Position numbers and translations under genes: made by a program
Part shown: one piece after another, positions 7,589 to 16,325 of the stretch
Numbering within the stretch: the stretch's first letter is position 1
How the letters are laid out: the number at the start of each line of letters is the position of its first letter
From: a virus
Taxonomy: Duplodnaviria; Caudoviricetes
Strand: one strand, 5' to 3'
Length of the DNA stretch: 35,574 bases
Virus record (IMG/VR): IMGVR_UViG_3300032212_000092
Location: 1-35,574 of that record
Notes under the pieces: model-generated
The model's database searches: none
What the model saw: the letters and a program-made list of their open reading frames with translations, nothing else
Told to the model about the DNA's origin: nothing

Positions 7589-7876
7589 ATGAACGCAAAC
7601 GCAAACAATTTATATTTATTAGCTGATGAAATGAAAGTATGGCCTGATGGTGTTAATGCTGAAACAGCCGTTAAAATTATGAGAGAGGCAGCAGACCAAT
7701 TCGAACAAAAAGAGAAAGAGTTGCAGGGTTATAAAAAGACTCTTGAAAGATTATCAAGCATGGAAGCGTTTGAAATGTCACGCGCTATACATGATGTTTC
7801 AGACAAAGAGCTATTGGCGCGAATTGATTACGCAAGGGCTGCCATTGGAAATCCTAGAGGTGGTGAGAGTGAGTGA
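7589..7876 (+). CDS. Hypothetical protein
   Basis: ORF track, AAGGA SD. Confidence 0.6.
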   Translation: MNANANNLYLLADEMKVWPDGVNAETAVKIMREAADQFEQKEKELQGYKKTLERLSSMEAFEMSRAIHDVSDKELLARIDYARAAIGNPRGGESE

Positions 7877-8342
7877 GCCAGTAATATTAAGTCGAGAAGA
7901 TTGGAATAGCGTTACAAAAGAAAACGCAGAGTTAAAAAAGAAGTGCTCCGCTGAACAAATTAACAACGCTTACGCAGAAACAATAGAACGACAAGCCGCT
8001 GAGATTAGCAAGCTAAAGCAGAGTGAGAATAAGTTAGGGCAGAAGTTAGATGCCACCAAAAAGCAGCGTGACAGCCTTGCAAACTTTAATCCTGACTGGG
8101 ATATGCTGGAGGCTACACAAGAATCATTGCGTGAACACATGGTTTTATGCAGAGAACTAAAAGAACGCTTAAAAAACTGCCTTAACCATGACAGCTTAAT
8201 TGCTACTCGTAGTGAGCTGGATAAGAAAGATAAACGCATTACTAAGCTTAAAGGTGCTTTCGATGAATTTGACAAATTAACATACTCCTTCGACAGCAGA
8301 AAAAAGATGGAAGCAATAAGGGCAACCGCTAAAGGTGAATAG
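7869..8342 (+). CDS. Coiled-coil hypothetical protein
   Basis: Probable GTG start at 7869 after GAGGTGG; heptad-rich; NPDWDMLEATQESLREHM motif. Confidence 0.6.
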   Translation: MSEPVILSREDWNSVTKENAELKKKCSAEQINNAYAETIERQAAEISKLKQSENKLGQKLDATKKQRDSLANFNPDWDMLEATQESLREHMVLCRELKERLKNCLNHDSLIATRSELDKKDKRITKLKGAFDEFDKLTYSFDSRKKMEAIRATAKGE

Positions 8343-8392
8343 TATGTCGATTTCTCAAAAGTATATGCAATCAAGTAAAAGTATGCGAGAGG

Positions 8393-8575
8393 GTGAATAG
8401 TATGGGAATGATTTTAGAGATATACATAAATGACAAAGAACTTATTGAAGATTTAAAAGCCGTTGGTTCAGCAGATTTAAAAAATCACTTCTTACCGAAA
8501 GCGGGTATAAAAGCGGATAGCGTTACATTTTACACAGTTGAACCACCAAAGGATAATAACAATGAAAACAAATGA
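8393..8575 (+). CDS. Hypothetical protein
   Basis: ORF track; true start may be ATG 8402 or 8408. Confidence 0.5.
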   Translation: MNSMGMILEIYINDKELIEDLKAVGSADLKNHFLPKAGIKADSVTFYTVEPPKDNNNENK

Positions 8576-8918
8576 GCATGGATATAGAACCGTAGAATTT
8601 GGCGGGATTAGGGTAAACCCCAAAAAAGAATACTTAACCGACTTTGACAAATCAGTTATCAGGGAAATATTACAATCAAAAAATGAGGATATAGCCTCAC
8701 GAGTGTGGGTCAGGCGTGTTCACAGCAGATTAGCGGCGTTCTTTAGTTTGGATGACCAAATCATAAGCGACCAGACCGCAATGGCTAGAAAGCGTTTAAA
8801 ATACGCTGAGAAGCAGCAAACAGAGCGCATAAAGGCGTGTTCCATTGGTGCGCTGGCTGAAAAATTCCAATGCAAAGAATATTTAATTGAAAAACAGATA
8901 AATGAGTTTATGCAATGA
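8562..8918 (+). CDS. Hypothetical protein, possible C-terminal HTH
   Basis: AAGGA SD before ATG 8562; SIGALAEKFQCKEYLI resembles an HTH. Confidence 0.55.
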   Translation: MKTNEHGYRTVEFGGIRVNPKKEYLTDFDKSVIREILQSKNEDIASRVWVRRVHSRLAAFFSLDDQIISDQTAMARKRLKYAEKQQTERIKACSIGALAEKFQCKEYLIEKQINEFMQ

Positions 8919-9250
8919 GGGTTGATATTAAGCCTCTTTCAGTTAATGAGGCGTGGAAAGGCCGCAGATTTAAGACGGACGCATATAAAAAATATGAAAA
9001 AGACGTTTTAAAGCAACTTAAGCCAATGAATATACCTGATGGAGAGCTAGAAATAGTTATACAGGTAGGTTTTAGCAATAAAGGTTCAGACATTGATAAC
9101 ATAGCCAAGCCATTTATAGATATTTTACAAAAGAAGTACGGATTTAATGATTCAAGAGCGTATGCGCTTGTTTTATTGAAAAGAATCGTACCAAAAGGAC
9201 AGGAATATATTAGTTTTTCTATATTTGAATGTTTAAAAATAATTGATTAA
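8915..9250 (+). CDS. rusA: RusA-like Holliday junction resolvase
   Basis: KPLSVNEAWKGRRF...SDIDNIAKPFIDIL...NDS catalytic pattern. Confidence 0.8.
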   Translation: MRVDIKPLSVNEAWKGRRFKTDAYKKYEKDVLKQLKPMNIPDGELEIVIQVGFSNKGSDIDNIAKPFIDILQKKYGFNDSRAYALVLLKRIVPKGQEYISFSIFECLKIID

Positions 9251-9274
9251 TGTAAATTAATAGTGTAAAGTATA
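9243..9274 (+). promoter_or_regulatory. Promoter with tandem GTAAA(G/T) operator upstream of the ibrB-X-ibrA operon
   Basis: TTGATT-17-TAAAGT; GTAAAT 9252, GTAAAG 9265. Confidence 0.6.
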
Positions 9275-9294
9275 GGAAACAAGAGGGGGAAATA

Positions 9295-9981
9295 ATGAGA
9301 ATAGATTTAGTAGAAAGCATAAATGATGTGGTTAATATAATTGATAAAATGCCATTAGATGAAAAAGTAAAGGCGTTGAACCACATTAAAATGAGTATAT
9401 CTGAGGTTAGCCCGTTCCACTCTGAGCCGGTTGACTGTGTTGTTTGGGTGAAAGGGGATAAAGTTAAGTCTAATGATTATAACCCTAATACTGTAGCCCC
9501 TCCTGAAATGGAATTATTAAGGCTCTCAATTAGCAATGACGGCTATACTCAGCCAATAGTTTCTATGGAGGATAAAGAGGAGTTTGAGGTTATTGATGGG
9601 TTTCACCGTAACAGAGTAGGAAAAGAGTGTGAAGACATAAAAGAAAGAGTGCATGGATATTTGCCTTTGGTTGTCATAAAGAAAGAGCGCGAAAACAAGT
9701 CAGATAGGATGACTTCAACAATTCGTCATAATCGCGCAAGGGGCAAGCATCGCGTAGATGCAATGTCAGATATTGTTATTGAGCTAAAAAAGAGAAACTG
9801 GACAAGCGAAAAAATAGGTCGAGAGCTTGGAATGGATGAAGATGAGGTTTTAAGGCTTTGTCAAATATCGGGTTTAGCAGAGGTTTTCTCTGATACAGAA
9901 TTTTCCAGAGCGTGGGACGTAGATATTTTTGATGAAAATAATTACGAGGCTTTATTTTCCGAGGAGATGGAAAGTGAATAG
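9295..9981 (+). CDS. ibrB: IbrB-like ParB/Srx N-terminal domain protein
   Basis: NDYNPNTVAPPEMELLRLSI..DGYTQPIV, VIDGFHR, STIRHNRARGKH, LGMDEDEVLRLCQ. Confidence 0.85.
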   Translation: MRIDLVESINDVVNIIDKMPLDEKVKALNHIKMSISEVSPFHSEPVDCVVWVKGDKVKSNDYNPNTVAPPEMELLRLSISNDGYTQPIVSMEDKEEFEVIDGFHRNRVGKECEDIKERVHGYLPLVVIKKERENKSDRMTSTIRHNRARGKHRVDAMSDIVIELKKRNWTSEKIGRELGMDEDEVLRLCQISGLAEVFSDTEFSRAWDVDIFDENNYEALFSEEMESE

Positions 9982-10396
9982 GGTTTATCATACGTGGGAT
10001 AAATGGGAGTGCTACCCTGCTGGATTCTTTGATGCTAAATGCAGGAATGGAGAAACAACAGAGGAGGCGGAGTTAACATACAAAAAACTGCTATCTGATA
10101 ACGCTATGTTTTCCGCTTCGTTGTTCAGTCTTATCGAGCAATGGCCTAATTCATGTGAGCATAACTTAACAAATGAGAAAATGAACCGTATCGCATGGCT
10201 TGGCCAAGCTGCTTTAGCTTACGCTTATCATATACCCGCTAAATTTAGGAAAGGGTATTACATGTTGAGCGCTGATGAGAGAAAAGCGGCAGATAAAACA
10301 GCGCTTAAATATCTTAATAAGTGGCTTTCTAGTAAGGGCGAAAAAAATATAACACTGGAGGAGGCTGGCGCAACTTCTGTTGCTAACCAATATTAG
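9974..10396 (+). CDS. Conserved hypothetical protein between ibrB and ibrA
   Basis: GTG 9974 after GAGGAG; WDKWECYPAGFF...WPNSCEHNLTN..NRIAWLGQAA. Confidence 0.7.
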   Translation: MNRVYHTWDKWECYPAGFFDAKCRNGETTEEAELTYKKLLSDNAMFSASLFSLIEQWPNSCEHNLTNEKMNRIAWLGQAALAYAYHIPAKFRKGYYMLSADERKAADKTALKYLNKWLSSKGEKNITLEEAGATSVANQY

Positions 10397-10403
10397 GTGA
10401 ATT

Positions 10404-11639
10404 ATGTCTATAAAATTATATAAAAAGCACAGCGTTTTAGATGCAGCAAGAAAGAGAATTCAGTATGCGTTTGATAACTTTGAAAAACATTACGTTAGTT
10501 TTAGTGGGGGTAAAGATAGCTCTGTAATGTTTCACTTAGTTATGGAGGAGGCCATAAAAAGAAATGTTGTTGTTGGTGTTCTTCTAATAGATTTTGAAGC
10601 GCAATATAAAGCAACTTCAGATCACGCTATGGAAATGTTTGAGCGGTATGCAGATAATATTGATGTTCATTGGGTTTGTTTGCCTATGGCCTTGAGGAAC
10701 GCGGTTAGTAATTTCGAGCCAAAATGGATTTGCTGGGATGAAGACGAAAAAGAGAATTGGGTCAGGGAATATCCAGACCACCCTTCTGTTATAACAGACG
10801 TTAATCATTACCCGTTTTTCCAGAAAGGTATGGAATTTGAGGAGTTTATCGTTTTGTTTGGCGAGTGGTACGGAGGAGGTGATTTAACAGCGGCCTTTAT
10901 TGGTATTCGTTGTGATGAAAGCCTAAACCGATTTAGAACGATAGCCACAAAAAGAAAAGATATGTTTGATAAGAAGCAATTTACAACCAAAGTTGTTGAC
11001 GAAACGTATAATGTTTATCCAATTTATGATTGGAGAACTGAGGATATTTGGGTTTATCACGGTATGTTTCCAAATAACCAGCACAATAAAATATATGACT
11101 TAATGAATATGGCGGGTGTTAAATTGAGTCAGCAGCGATTATGCCAACCATATGGTGACGACCAAAGAAGGGGTTTATTTTTGTATCACATCTTAGAGCC
11201 TGAAACATGGCGAAAGATTGTTGCGCGGGTAAATGGGGTAAATAGTGGCTCTTTGTATATACAGGAGAGCGGAAGTATAAACGGGAATAGATATATAACG
11301 AAACCAGACAACCATACTTACAAGAGTTACTGTGAGCTTTTACTGTCTACTTTACCTATTCCAACACAAAAGCATTATGTGAATAAATTTAAAGTGTTTT
11401 TAAAGTGGTGGTACAAACGCGGATACGATAAAGGTATTCCAGACGAAGCGCCTAGATTGTTAGAGAGCCAGTATCTGGCCCCCTCATGGCGTAGAATCTG
11501 TAAAACATTATTGAGAAATGATTATTGGTGTAAAGGTTTGAGAATGAGTCAACCAAAAAGCGAGGCTTATGGAAAATACCTGGATATAAAGAAAGCTAAA
11601 AAGAAAGCGAAGGTTAAGCCGTTCAGAATGAGCGCGTAA
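10404..11639 (+). CDS. ibrA: IbrA-like PAPS-reductase-family (PP-loop) protein with DUF3440-like C-terminus
   Basis: YVSFSGGKDS PP-loop, GIRCDESLNRF, YPIYDWRTEDIW, QRLCQPYG, SWRRICKTLLRNDYWC. Confidence 0.85.
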   Translation: MSIKLYKKHSVLDAARKRIQYAFDNFEKHYVSFSGGKDSSVMFHLVMEEAIKRNVVVGVLLIDFEAQYKATSDHAMEMFERYADNIDVHWVCLPMALRNAVSNFEPKWICWDEDEKENWVREYPDHPSVITDVNHYPFFQKGMEFEEFIVLFGEWYGGGDLTAAFIGIRCDESLNRFRTIATKRKDMFDKKQFTTKVVDETYNVYPIYDWRTEDIWVYHGMFPNNQHNKIYDLMNMAGVKLSQQRLCQPYGDDQRRGLFLYHILEPETWRKIVARVNGVNSGSLYIQESGSINGNRYITKPDNHTYKSYCELLLSTLPIPTQKHYVNKFKVFLKWWYKRGYDKGIPDEAPRLLESQYLAPSWRRICKTLLRNDYWCKGLRMSQPKSEAYGKYLDIKKAKKKAKVKPFRMSA

Positions 11640-11887
11640 TGGATAATATAATTTTATTATTGTCAGCGTCGCTGCTTGTATTTATGCGTGGTATGCAACA
11701 GCAAAATGTCATACATCGGTATTATTGGTGGGCTGCTTGTACAAGCTATTTAATCGCAATCGGTGAAGTGGCTATTGTTTTCAATGTTGCTCAAATAGGT
11801 TGGGCTGCTATCCCTTGGGTTGGTACTGGTGGGGCTATCGGGGTTACAGCCTCGATGTATGCACATAATAAGTGGATTAAAAAGTGA
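11639..11887 (+). CDS. Small integral membrane protein (~3 TM)
   Basis: Hydrophobic segments; TAATG coupling to ibrA. Confidence 0.65.
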   Translation: MDNIILLLSASLLVFMRGMQQQNVIHRYYWWAACTSYLIAIGEVAIVFNVAQIGWAAIPWVGTGGAIGVTASMYAHNKWIKK

Positions 11888-12318
11888 AACAAAGAGTATT
11901 ACTAAAACAAGCTGATTTAGATAGGGCTGCAAGAGATATATCCGGCCTTGGTGGTAGTTTGCCTTTAGTAATAACAATAACAGAAGGCACAAAGACGCGC
12001 ACATCACCACAAAATGCAAGATATTGGGCTGAGATAAGCTATTTCATGGACGAATTGAACAATGTTATCGAGCAAAAAGCAGATGAAACAGGATATTCTA
12101 ATATTGAAGTGAGAAAAATACTGGCTGAAAAGCTACCGATTGAACAGGCCATTATCTTATTTGCCAAAAAGAGCGAGATAGTTCATCAAGTATTGAAAGA
12201 TATTTGCGGTATTCCAACATCAACAAAGCTAGGAACTAAGGATTTTGTAAAATTTGAGGATAGGTTATCTCAAACAATGACGGAAATAATAGGAAATATT
12301 AGGGGGTTTTTAAGGTGA
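11884..12318 (+). CDS. NinB/Orf-like recombination protein (divergent)
   Basis: ITITEGTKTRTSPQNARYW and STKLGTKDF..F motifs. Confidence 0.5.
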   Translation: MKQRVLLKQADLDRAARDISGLGGSLPLVITITEGTKTRTSPQNARYWAEISYFMDELNNVIEQKADETGYSNIEVRKILAEKLPIEQAIILFAKKSEIVHQVLKDICGIPTSTKLGTKDFVKFEDRLSQTMTEIIGNIRGFLR

Positions 12319-12689
12319 GTGAATTATTAAAGCTATCAATAGAGCATCCGTATTATTGTAGTGAATCAAATTATTACAGCAATGAGGCCTCAACTAAATG
12401 GGAGACTATGAGTGACTTTTTAGATGATATGGAAAAATCTGATATTGATATGAACTTGGTTTTTCGGTGGGATATAAAGCCCAATAGAGATTATGACACC
12501 GATGAAATACTTGGCGGGTATTATGCTGAGATATTTATTATTCATCAGAGAAAAGGGATATTTCACCCATGCTTAATTGGCGAGGTTACAGAAAAAGATG
12601 TGCCGCGATTAAAAGAATATTTATCTAAGCATTGGGATTACCTGTGTGAGTTATGGCAACCATTAGCAGAACTAAAGGAGGATGTATGA
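12315..12689 (+). CDS. Conserved hypothetical phage protein
   Basis: HPYYCSESNYY...DIDMNLVFRWD...QRKG...LWQP. Confidence 0.65.
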   Translation: MSELLKLSIEHPYYCSESNYYSNEASTKWETMSDFLDDMEKSDIDMNLVFRWDIKPNRDYDTDEILGGYYAEIFIIHQRKGIFHPCLIGEVTEKDVPRLKEYLSKHWDYLCELWQPLAELKEDV

Positions 12690-12892
12690 GCTATATAAAC
12701 ACAATTATGACGGCCATGCGCCCAAAATGCGTATACCGGCCAGCAGATTTGGCAGAATCAACACATATTCCAGTAAAGGACGTTAGTCGATGCTTGAAGA
12801 TGCTAGAAAAAGGCGGAATGGTTGAGTCAACCAACACAGAAGAATATCGAAGAAAAAAACTCTATACAACAAAGCAAAAGAGTTTGTTTTAA
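12686..12892 (+). CDS. Small winged-HTH-like DNA-binding protein
   Basis: AGGAGG SD; PADLAESTHIPVKDVSRCLKMLEKGGMVE. Confidence 0.55.
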   Translation: MSYINTIMTAMRPKCVYRPADLAESTHIPVKDVSRCLKMLEKGGMVESTNTEEYRRKKLYTTKQKSLF

Positions 12893-13057
12893 ATGGATAA
12901 GAGGCCAAGACATTACGCGGCGGAAATTATAAGCGAACCCAGCAGGGAAAAAAGAAAAGAAATGCTGGGCAAAGTTCCTGAGATATTTAGGGGGTGGGTT
13001 AGAGATATAGTTGTGTCTACATTTGAAATAAGGCTAAAACAAAGGAAAAACCGATGA
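12893..13057 (+). CDS. Small conserved-looking phage protein (MDKRPRHYAAEII...)
   Basis: Manually read 54-aa ORF abutting the previous gene; more <60-aa ORFs follow to ~13470. Confidence 0.55.
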   Translation: MDKRPRHYAAEIISEPSREKRKEMLGKVPEIFRGWVRDIVVSTFEIRLKQRKNR

Positions 13058-13499
13058 TTAAACGATTCCCAACAACAAAGAACCCGCTAGATATAGGCGA
13101 AAACAAAGGCCATGCTAGTTATATGCAAAATAGATTAAGAGCTGGAGCAGAGGCGCATTTTAAAGAGGTTGAGAATAGGGAGTGTAAAAATGGAAAATGT
13201 AATTAATTTGACAGATTACAAGGTCAAAAAGATTCTAGGCAGCATGAGCGATATAGTGCTGGACGATAAAAAGCGTGACAGGCTTTTAAATGATATAAAG
13301 AAGTGCAAGGAAGAATATAAGGAGAAAAAATGAACAATACAAAGCATAAAGATATTACCACCTCTGTCCTGATGGCTTTTTTTGCTTGGGTTGTTGCGAT
13401 ACTAGCTTTAGTCGCTTTTAGTTGGGTTGTTGGGTATTTTTCTAAAGTATTACTTGATTTTCTATGAATGAAAAATAACTGTATTTATTGAGGTGAAGC

Positions 13500-13670
13500 A
13501 TGAAAAATATATTATTATTTACTTGTTTAGCGTTAATTATTATTTTCTTATCTGGCTGTCAAATAAAGCCAAAGGCTGAGGTATTGTTAGAAATGGATCA
13601 ATTCACTAACTGCTCAGAGTTAACGGTTAGTGAAAAGAAGTCCGGCATTACCATTAATTGTAAGCGTTAA
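13500..13670 (+). CDS. Small lipoprotein
   Basis: GAGGTGA SD; MKNILLFTCLALIIIFLSGC lipobox. Confidence 0.55.
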   Translation: MKNILLFTCLALIIIFLSGCQIKPKAEVLLEMDQFTNCSELTVSEKKSGITINCKR

Positions 13671-13807
13671 TGATAAACAACCTCTTCGGCCTCGGTGAAT
13701 ATATCATGAACAAACTGATCTAATTCTTCATCGGTTAGCGTTTCAACAATGTCGAGTGGACCTATACCGTATTCGACTAAGAATGATATTTTTCTCTCTC
13801 TGTCCAT
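13667..13807 (-). CDS. Inverted small acidic protein (46 aa)
   Basis: Minus strand AGAGGT SD then MDRERKISFLVEYGIGPLDIVETLTDEELDQFVHDIFTEAEEVVYH. Confidence 0.55.
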   Translation of the reverse strand: MDRERKISFLVEYGIGPLDIVETLTDEELDQFVHDIFTEAEEVVYH

Positions 13808-13868
13808 AATTACCTCTAAATCCAGTCTATGGTTGGGTATAATGGCTTATTTGTGCTAAAATGTGAAC

Positions 13869-14045
13869 ATGGATAAGAAGGTATACACAGGAAACAAGCC
13901 AATAAAAGAGCATGTTGAGCAATTAACAAGCCTTTACGGTATGCCGGAACATGCAGCGCATAAAGTTAAAGTGCTAGGAAAGCCGAACATTAAACCTAAA
14001 CAATCTATTCAAGTAAGAAAGCTAAAACAGGAAATATGGTCATGA
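13869..14045 (+). CDS. Hypothetical basic protein at the start of the late region
   Basis: ORF track; TATAAT and TGCTAAAAT -10-like boxes at 13838-13862. Confidence 0.4.
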   Translation: MDKKVYTGNKPIKEHVEQLTSLYGMPEHAAHKVKVLGKPNIKPKQSIQVRKLKQEIWS

Positions 14046-14412
14046 TGGAATGTATTTTTATAGGTATTGTAGCGACGATAATCTGCTTAATTGGATATGG
14101 CCTGTATAAACTATCTCAAAAGGACTACAGGTGATAACAGCAAGAAGAAATAAATATTTCTACCAAATAATAGAGCAAACCTACTGCACCCGATCAAGAA
14201 GATACACTATTGATGTATACGCTTAATAAGTGGTAATATAGAGCTATCTGAAACTAATCGGAATGGTGAAAGCCTTGAAAAAACCCACACAATCATACAC
14301 ACCTAAACCAACAGACATGGTAATGGTGCCCGCAAACTCCAAAGCAGGCAAAACTCTTGCGGCTATCTATAATAAAGCGTTTAACAATCAAAAAGTTAAA
14401 GGTTGAACTAAT

Positions 14413-14679
14413 ATGCCAGGTGGAGCACCAAAAGGAAACAACAACGGCGGCAAGAATAAAATCTGGTCTGATGCTTTGCGCTTAGAGTTAGCTGGTACTC
14501 GGAATGCAGCAAAATTACGTAGACTTGCAAAAAAACTCATAGAGCAAGCGGAAGACGGCAACATGCAAGCCATGAAAGAAATAGGCGACAGGCTAGAAGG
14601 GAAGCCCAACCAATCAATTGACGTTGCTGTTACTGAGATAACACACGAAGAAGCGCTCGACATGCTCGATAATGAGTAA
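14413..14679 (+). CDS. terS: Terminase small subunit
   Basis: GGAPKGNNN...AEDGNMQAMKEIGDRLEGKPNQ; overlaps the TerL start. Confidence 0.75.
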   Translation: MPGGAPKGNNNGGKNKIWSDALRLELAGTRNAAKLRRLAKKLIEQAEDGNMQAMKEIGDRLEGKPNQSIDVAVTEITHEEALDMLDNE

Positions 14680-16237
14680 AGAAATAACAGAGCGAGAAAT
14701 AGCAATACGCACCTATCTAAAAAACAACTTCGAGGCGTATGCTAGTAAGTGTTTACAGATTAGAACAAAATCAGGAAAGCTTGAGCCATTCACGCTAAAC
14801 AAAGCCCAAAAATATATTCACGAAAAACTAGAAGCTCAACTAAAAGAAACTGGAAAAGTCAGAGCCAATATACTCAAGGGTAGACAGCAAGGGTGCTCAA
14901 CTTACACAGAGGCCCGATTCTATTGGAAGGCAACCCATAGAAAGGGTGTGAGAGCATTTATCCTTACACATGAAGACGAAGCCACTAAAAACCTTTTTGA
15001 AATGGCACAACGATTCCATGACCACAATAACCCGCTATTAAAACCATCTACCGGTGCCGCTAATGCTAGAGAGCTGTATTTTGATGGTCTAGATTCTGGC
15101 TACAGAGTAGGCACAGCAAGAACAAAAGGCACCGGCCGCTCTGGTACGTTTCAATATTTTCATGGCTCAGAGGTTGCTTTTTGGCCTCATGCAGAAGAAC
15201 ATGCAAAGGGTATCATGCAAGCTATACCAGACGAGAGCGATACTGAGTCAATAAGAGAGTCCACAGCCAATGGGGTTGGTAACTACTTCCATCAACAATG
15301 GAAAGCGGCTGAACGCGGAGAAGGGGATTATATAAACATATTTATCCCTTGGTTTTGGCAAGATGAATACAAGAAAGAGGTCGCCGATCTTGTTCTTGAT
15401 GAAGAAGAAGAAAAGCTTGTAGAGTATTACGGGTTGTCAAATAGCCAGTTAGCATGGAGAAGACAGAAGATTGTCGATTTATCCGTTAGCGGTGCAGATG
15501 GAAAATCAGCCTTTAAGCAAGAATATCCATGTAATGCAGCAGAGGCATTCCAGCTAACAGGTCAATTAGGTCTGATTAAGCCTGAAATAGTTATGAAGGC
15601 AAGGAACAATACAGTTAATGGAAACGGCCCATTAGTTGTTGGTGTTGACCCGTCAAGGGGCGGCGATAGATTTTCAACCATTAAGCGGCAAGGAAGGAAG
15701 TCTTATGACTTGAACAGCCATAAGGACGAAAAGGTTGATAAACTTGGTAAGGCTGTGGCGATATGTAAAGATATTCTTGATACTGTCTGCCCTATAGCTG
15801 GAAAAATTCCTGATATGATGTTTATTGATGCCGGTGGCGGTGCTGATCTAGTTGATAGATTGCATGAACTTGGTTACGAGGACAGGGTTAAGGCTATCGC
15901 TTTTGGTTCAACTGCGCTAAATACAAAAAGATATACCAACAAGAGGAACGAAATGTGGGGGGAGACTAGCTCATGGCTGAATGACGAGAATTTAGATGTG
16001 GAGCTGCCGGACGAAGACTCGCTACAGGCTGATTTATGTTCTTCTTTGTATAGTAGGGACTCACATGATAGGATTGTGCTATTATCGAAAGACAAGATTA
16101 AAGCTGAGTTTGGTTTTTCTCCTGATGAAGGCGACGCGCTAGCCCTTACTTTCACTGAACCGGTTAAACCGAAGAAAAAGAAGAAAGAACGCAGACCACA
16201 ACATCATTATTCTGGAGGCGGGTCATGGATGGGGTAG
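14672..16237 (+). CDS. terL: Terminase large subunit
   Basis: ILKGRQQGCST Walker A, FHGSE Walker B, ESTANG, GVDPS and SPDEGDALAL nuclease motifs. Confidence 0.93.
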   Translation: MSKEITEREIAIRTYLKNNFEAYASKCLQIRTKSGKLEPFTLNKAQKYIHEKLEAQLKETGKVRANILKGRQQGCSTYTEARFYWKATHRKGVRAFILTHEDEATKNLFEMAQRFHDHNNPLLKPSTGAANARELYFDGLDSGYRVGTARTKGTGRSGTFQYFHGSEVAFWPHAEEHAKGIMQAIPDESDTESIRESTANGVGNYFHQQWKAAERGEGDYINIFIPWFWQDEYKKEVADLVLDEEEEKLVEYYGLSNSQLAWRRQKIVDLSVSGADGKSAFKQEYPCNAAEAFQLTGQLGLIKPEIVMKARNNTVNGNGPLVVGVDPSRGGDRFSTIKRQGRKSYDLNSHKDEKVDKLGKAVAICKDILDTVCPIAGKIPDMMFIDAGGGADLVDRLHELGYEDRVKAIAFGSTALNTKRYTNKRNEMWGETSSWLNDENLDVELPDEDSLQADLCSSLYSRDSHDRIVLLSKDKIKAEFGFSPDEGDALALTFTEPVKPKKKKKERRPQHHYSGGGSWMG

Positions 16238-16325
16238 GTGCGCCTATTGTATCTTATATAATATTTGTGGTTGTATTTTTGATTTTCGCCATTTATTCAG
16301 AACCAAAAATGTAATAGGATAAGTC

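Noticed and set aside
9295-9981. Plasmid-prophage partition system
   Set aside because: No ParA ATPase or parS array; the motifs match the IbrB subfamily.
10404-11639. cysH sulfur-assimilation auxiliary metabolic gene
   Set aside because: It lacks the C-terminal ECG(L/I)H motif, has an IbrA/DUF3440-type extension, and is linked to a ParB-like gene.
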